IMG/VR virus record: IMGVR_UViG_3300009605_000001
Length of the DNA: 20,000 bases
Direction: 5' to 3' (one strand)
Source of the DNA: an uncultured virus (IMG/VR IMGVR_UViG_3300009605_000001)
Lineage: Duplodnaviria > Heunggongvirae > Uroviricota > Caudoviricetes
Notes under the pieces: generated by a model
Databases searched by the model: none
The model's input: only the letters and a program-made list of their open reading frames with translations
Told to the model about the DNA's origin: nothing
Made by a program: the position numbers and the translations under genes
Part shown: positions 16,716 through 20,000 of the stretch, in pieces
Layout: the number at the start of each line of letters is the position of its first letter
How positions within the stretch are numbered: the first letter of the stretch is position 1

Positions 16716-17403
16716 TGCTACCTCCTCCAATTAAACTATAATAATTATTAGTAGTATCACCACCTGCTTGGGACGCGCCAAGTGCACTGACAGCGTAGCC
16801 CATAGTATTAGCAGCACCACCAATTATTCCAGCATAGAGAGATTGCTCAAATGCAGCGGCTGGATCTGGTCCACCATATCGTGCAGGTATAAACGGCACA
16901 TGTTCGTTATATCCAAAGTCTCGTCCTGCTAAAGCTTGGGCTTGTTTTCGCTCAGATCCAATAAGCTGGTTCGATACATTAATCCTTAGTCCACTCATAG
17001 CTTCTTGTGAAGCTTCGTTTTGTTGACGCAGCAAAGCCCTAGCAGTACCAGAGTTTGGATCAATACCCTGACCCGACAACCTAGAGTACAACTCATCCTG
17101 AGCAGCCTTATGTTGTTTGCCATAGGCTCCAGCTTGGTTATCCCAATTATACCTAATATAGAAATCCTCTTCAGCTCTTCTTTTGTTGGCAGTCTCAGCA
17201 ATCATCTTATTATTAAACCATCTCATAGCGTTTTGCTTAGCTACGTTTCGGTTTTCTATTTGATTCTGCCATCTCCTCTGGAACTCAGCTTCCTCAAAGT
17301 TAGCCCTTTGGGCTGCAGCTTCGGCTGCTGATGCGTTTGCTCCGGCCTCTGCCTGCATGAACTGCAGTCCAGCCATAACTGGGATTCCCCATATCAGTGG
17401 CAT
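16708..17403 (-). CDS. Internal virion protein resembling T7 gp14 (ejection protein), 231 aa (start revised to ATG 17403)
   Basis: SD GAGGAGG precedes ATG 17403. It has a hydrophobic N-terminus (MPLIWGIPVMAGLQFM), an Ala/Gln-rich helix, a central SGQGIDPNSGTA Gly/Ser turn and a G/A-rich hydrophobic C-terminus (AGIIGGAANTMGYAVSALGASQAGG). This is the gp14-like architecture. No Cys. Confidence 0.7.
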   Translation of the reverse strand: MPLIWGIPVMAGLQFMQAEAGANASAAEAAAQRANFEEAEFQRRWQNQIENRNVAKQNAMRWFNNKMIAETANKRRAEEDFYIRYNWDNQAGAYGKQHKAAQDELYSRLSGQGIDPNSGTARALLRQQNEASQEAMSGLRINVSNQLIGSERKQAQALAGRDFGYNEHVPFIPARYGGPDPAAAFEQSLYAGIIGGAANTMGYAVSALGASQAGGDTTNNYYSLIGGGSSG

Positions 17404-17501
17404 TATAAGCCTCCTCACAGCCTGTCTAAGGCATTCTAAAATAAGATGTGCTACCTCCAAGGGTACAGCCGAAACGCCCACACAGGCGATCCTACGGCTT
17501 C
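17404..17501 (-). promoter_or_regulatory. GC-rich structured intergenic element between terL and the ejectosome genes (candidate cis-regulatory RNA or processing site)
   Basis: On the minus strand, AGCCG (17499-17495) pairs with CGGCT (17471-17467) and encloses the hairpin CGCCT-GTGT-GGGCG. It is followed by TACC-CTTGGA-GGTA and GCCT-TAGAC-AGGC, just before SD GAGGAGG. There is no long U-tract after the main stem. Confidence 0.4.
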
Positions 17502-19199
17502 TCAGGACCAGCTACGACCCTTGTTCCTTCGACCCTGCCACTTTGCGTGGTTGGGGTCTATAATCTGCTCTTTTTCTTTATGGAAATGTACCGCCCCCGA
17601 CAACTTTTCAGACCACATTCCCATACGTCTATCATCATTCAACCATGTCTTGACGATATCTTGACGAATCTTTTCTCGGTTGTGTTCAATTATTACTTCT
17701 ACATCTGTAGAAAGAAGATCCTCCCAGTATCCTACCGTTGCTGCAAGGCAGTCTATACGGTCATCCTTAGGTAAGGCTCCTCTCTTATCAAAGATTCTAG
17801 TTATCTGTTTCTGTGTTTCTTCTTGAGAGATAGCTCTCTTGTCTATGACTAATCTGTGCTGAGTCATGACAGGTTCTAAAAGGGATATTATCCTAGCTTC
17901 CTTGCGACCTACTGCTCTAAAGTCTTCGATGGCAATAGAACCACATACCTCGGTTAGGATTGGTGCGAGTAACTGACAGAACATAGCATCTCCGAAGTTA
18001 CTCTCAACACGAACTAGCTTAACACCATACTCATAAGCAAGCCGGGCAATTTTCTTAAGAACACCCTTCTCATATCCACCGGGATATCCTACTAACTCAT
18101 GAATATAGACATAACCATTCGCGAAAGAAGCAACACACACCGCTGTCTCATCTTCTCCACGCCCGCTAGGGTCGATATACATAACCCTTTGAACATAAGG
18201 AACAAACTTTTCAGAAATCCACATGGGATCATAAATTAAATCTCCTGTAAGACCAAAGGTAGGAATACCTTTCATCGGTTTAGAATTAGACCAGACAATT
18301 TTTTCTGGACACATATCTGGGTGAACATCTATAACAATAAGATCTGATAATCTAAGCGGGAACTTCTCAAAGTCCGCTAAGGATGTGTCTAGTTTATAAT
18401 GCAACGCAAATAACTTAGGCCCAATCTTAGCCATACGCTCCATCAAAACTTCCATAGGAAATCTTTCAGGCTGGGTTGGCTGGCCAGCCTCTAATCCTGA
18501 TTGCAATACCCACTCATTAACATCTTCAACCTCAACCACGCTATCTAGATCAGGCATAACTGCAGGAAACTTTGTTACGGGATAACCAGTCTTAAGTTGG
18601 TTATAGATTGAATCCTTAATCTGGGGAGTACCTAGAAAGAGAACACGCCCCCCTACATTCCTGATCTGTTCAAACTCAGCCACCTTATTCATAAGCTTTT
18701 CTCGGGATGCTGCGGTTTCGCAGTTACCCTCAATCTCAACATCATCAGCAATTACAAAGTCTGCGTGAGAACCGGTTAGCTGAGAAGAAATTCCACGAGC
18801 AAAGCAAGACTTGTCTTGTCCAATCTTTGTACGACACTCAACATCAAATGCAAAAGCATTGTCTGTAGTGTGGTCACCGGGTCTAAGCGGTTCACAGTAA
18901 GGCACCAGATCCATAATCTTCCTAGTCATGGAGATAAACTCTGCTGCCTTATTACTGGTAGCCGATACAACCATAATTGTTTTATTAGGATCTTGTAAAA
19001 GAAACCAAGAGGCTAAACAAGAAGTAATAACCGATTTTCCAAAACCACGCCCAGCTTGTAACTGCATATCGACAGGACCATTTTGCAAAGCATCAGCCAT
19101 AGCATACTGTGCAGCAGTAGGTTCTCCTATCCCCAGATATTTAAAACAGGCCCAGAGATGATTACGAAAATCGTCTAGCATTTCTTGTGGTATGTTCAT
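17502..19199 (-). CDS. terL: Terminase large subunit, T7 gp19-type, 565 aa
   Basis: Walker A QAGRGFGKS; GISSQLTGSHADFVIADDVE (Walker B); coupling motif LGTPQ; nuclease motifs IDPSGRGEDET, ESNFGDAMF and DDRIDCLA. All closely follow T7 gp19-family motifs. SD-like AAGGAAG upstream. Confidence 0.95.
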   Translation of the reverse strand: MNIPQEMLDDFRNHLWACFKYLGIGEPTAAQYAMADALQNGPVDMQLQAGRGFGKSVITSCLASWFLLQDPNKTIMVVSATSNKAAEFISMTRKIMDLVPYCEPLRPGDHTTDNAFAFDVECRTKIGQDKSCFARGISSQLTGSHADFVIADDVEIEGNCETAASREKLMNKVAEFEQIRNVGGRVLFLGTPQIKDSIYNQLKTGYPVTKFPAVMPDLDSVVEVEDVNEWVLQSGLEAGQPTQPERFPMEVLMERMAKIGPKLFALHYKLDTSLADFEKFPLRLSDLIVIDVHPDMCPEKIVWSNSKPMKGIPTFGLTGDLIYDPMWISEKFVPYVQRVMYIDPSGRGEDETAVCVASFANGYVYIHELVGYPGGYEKGVLKKIARLAYEYGVKLVRVESNFGDAMFCQLLAPILTEVCGSIAIEDFRAVGRKEARIISLLEPVMTQHRLVIDKRAISQEETQKQITRIFDKRGALPKDDRIDCLAATVGYWEDLLSTDVEVIIEHNREKIRQDIVKTWLNDDRRMGMWSEKLSGAVHFHKEKEQIIDPNHAKWQGRRNKGRSWS

Positions 19200-19218
19200 T
19201 ACTTTACTTCCTTAGTTA

Positions 19219-19515
19219 TTATTGTGTAAAGAAATCACGGAATGGCGTACCACCCTTTTTAGTATTGCTTGCAAGCCTATTTACCCAGCGAGCTCTCTTA
19301 TGCTTCAGCACACGGTCCCTCGTTTTGGCAAAGGCCTTGGCAAGCCCCTTCATCGTCTTGATAGGGGTCTCGGACATAGGGGCAATACTTTGATCTTGAT
19401 AATTTCTCATGACATGGCTCAGGAAACTCCTACCACTACCATGCTTTTTTCGGTAATCCTCAGCTCTTTTAACTAATTCTCTCTGCCAGACTCGTGCTTT
19501 TTTCTTCTTACCCAT
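19219..19515 (-). CDS. Small highly basic hypothetical protein, 98 aa
   Basis: ATG 19515 after AGAAAGGATATTGATC (SD AAAGGA); ends in TAATAA. About 27 K+R versus 7 D+E. Confidence 0.75.
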   Translation of the reverse strand: MGKKKKARVWQRELVKRAEDYRKKHGSGRSFLSHVMRNYQDQSIAPMSETPIKTMKGLAKAFAKTRDRVLKHKRARWVNRLASNTKKGGTPFRDFFTQ

Positions 19516-19531
19516 GATCAATATCCTTTCT
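19512..19531 (-). repeat. 20-nt direct repeat AGAAAGGATATTGATCATGG (SD plus start codon), downstream copy
   Basis: Identical to 19834-19853. Confidence 0.9.
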
Positions 19532-19540
19532 GTTGGTTGT

Positions 19541-19837
19541 TTATGGCCTTCTTAAATAATCGATAAGAGCTGCGCCACCTGATATAAGGTTTGTGGCAGG
19601 ATTGAACATCGCAGTCAATCTATATTTGTTCATTCCTCTAGAGGTTGCTTTAACTGCGCCCTTAACCGATTTACTTGGTTTTGCGGCAGTCCCTCCTCTT
19701 GTCTCCATGCTTTTTCCGACCTTCGCGATTTTCTTAGTGGAAGCTTTCTTCTCCGCGGCGGCAGCCTTTCTATCTTTTTTCTTTTTCCACGCTGGTCTAG
19801 TGTCTTTTCCCCGTTTACCTAAAGCATTCTTAGCCAT
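19541..19837 (-). CDS. Small Lys/Ala-rich basic hypothetical protein, 98 aa (histone H1-like composition)
   Basis: ATG 19837 after the same SD-containing 20-mer. About 27 K+R versus 5 D+E (KKKKDRKAAAAEKKASTKKIAKVGK), with a mildly hydrophobic C-terminus. Confidence 0.75.
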   Translation of the reverse strand: MAKNALGKRGKDTRPAWKKKKDRKAAAAEKKASTKKIAKVGKSMETRGGTAAKPSKSVKGAVKATSRGMNKYRLTAMFNPATNLISGGAALIDYLRRP

Positions 19838-19853
19838 GATCAATATCCTTTCT
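19834..19853 (-). repeat. 20-nt direct repeat AGAAAGGATATTGATCATGG (upstream gene stop, SD and start codon), upstream copy
   Basis: Identical to 19512-19531; 322 nt apart. Confidence 0.9.
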
Positions 19854-20000
19854 TGGAATTTGTTGTAGCTTTCTCTGAATTTCCGCTACCACCACGAACA
19901 GAATAATCATTCTTTGGGTTGGAGTACATTTTCTCCATGCGGTGTTTGTTAATCAACTCTATGTAAGTTCCGTATGGGTCCGAGACCCCCGGTGCAAATG
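19840..20000 (-). CDS. 3' end of a hypothetical protein (start outside the window)
   Basis: Open frame ...FAPGVSDPYGTYIELINKHRMEKMYSNPKNDYSVRGGSGNSEKATTNSKKGY*, with TGA at 19842-19840, 2 nt before the next ATG. Confidence 0.55.
   Translation of the reverse strand, partial: FAPGVSDPYGTYIELINKHRMEKMYSNPKNDYSVRGGSGNSEKATTNSKKGY

Noticed and set aside
16995..17201. 68-aa minus-strand ORF
   Set aside because: It is nested out of frame in the gp14-like gene and has no independent support.
17404..17481. N-terminal extension of the 257-aa ORF given in the track
   Set aside because: The strong SD GAGGAGG sits before ATG 17403, and the extension runs through the structured spacer.
32..19868. All plus-strand ORFs in the track (e.g. 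7196..7855, 4715..5167, 9344..9673)
   Set aside because: They are antisense shadows of long minus-strand genes. They are S/F/L/I-rich, as expected from reversed E/K/D codons, and show no recognisable motifs.
1..20000. CRISPR array, tRNA/rRNA genes, integrase or transposase, repeated T7-style late promoter
   Set aside because: None was seen. The window is almost fully coding, and the only repeated junction motif is the two-copy 20-mer containing the SD and start codon.

Overview
This window is part of the late (packaging and virion) region of a podovirus-like tailed phage. Every real gene lies on the minus strand, with strong Shine-Dalgarno sites and tightly coupled junctions. In transcription order (right to left) the genes are: the 3' end of a small gene; two 98-aa Lys/Arg-rich proteins with an identical 20-nt start region; a T7 gp19-type terminase large subunit; a 98-nt structured spacer; and five near-Cys-free internal-virion (ejectosome-like) genes of 231, 342, 329, 1430 and more than 3458 aa. 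The largest gene (ATG at 10374, open past position 1) is missing from the ORF track because its stop lies outside the window. Translated by hand, it shows an N-terminal membrane-insertion-like segment and a long charged helical linker. It also carries single-subunit (T7/N4-type) RNA polymerase motifs A (YLDKKFNGL) and B (REFWKPEVMRRLY), and a clear DEDD 3'-5' exonuclease domain (IDIETT...VVTYNGNSFDL) at the window edge. The main candidate system is therefore an injected giant protein fusing an RNAP-like core to an exonuclease, in a phage with a T7-type terminase. I found no CCWGG site in the window. All motif assignments were made by eye against reference motifs recalled from memory; no searches were run.
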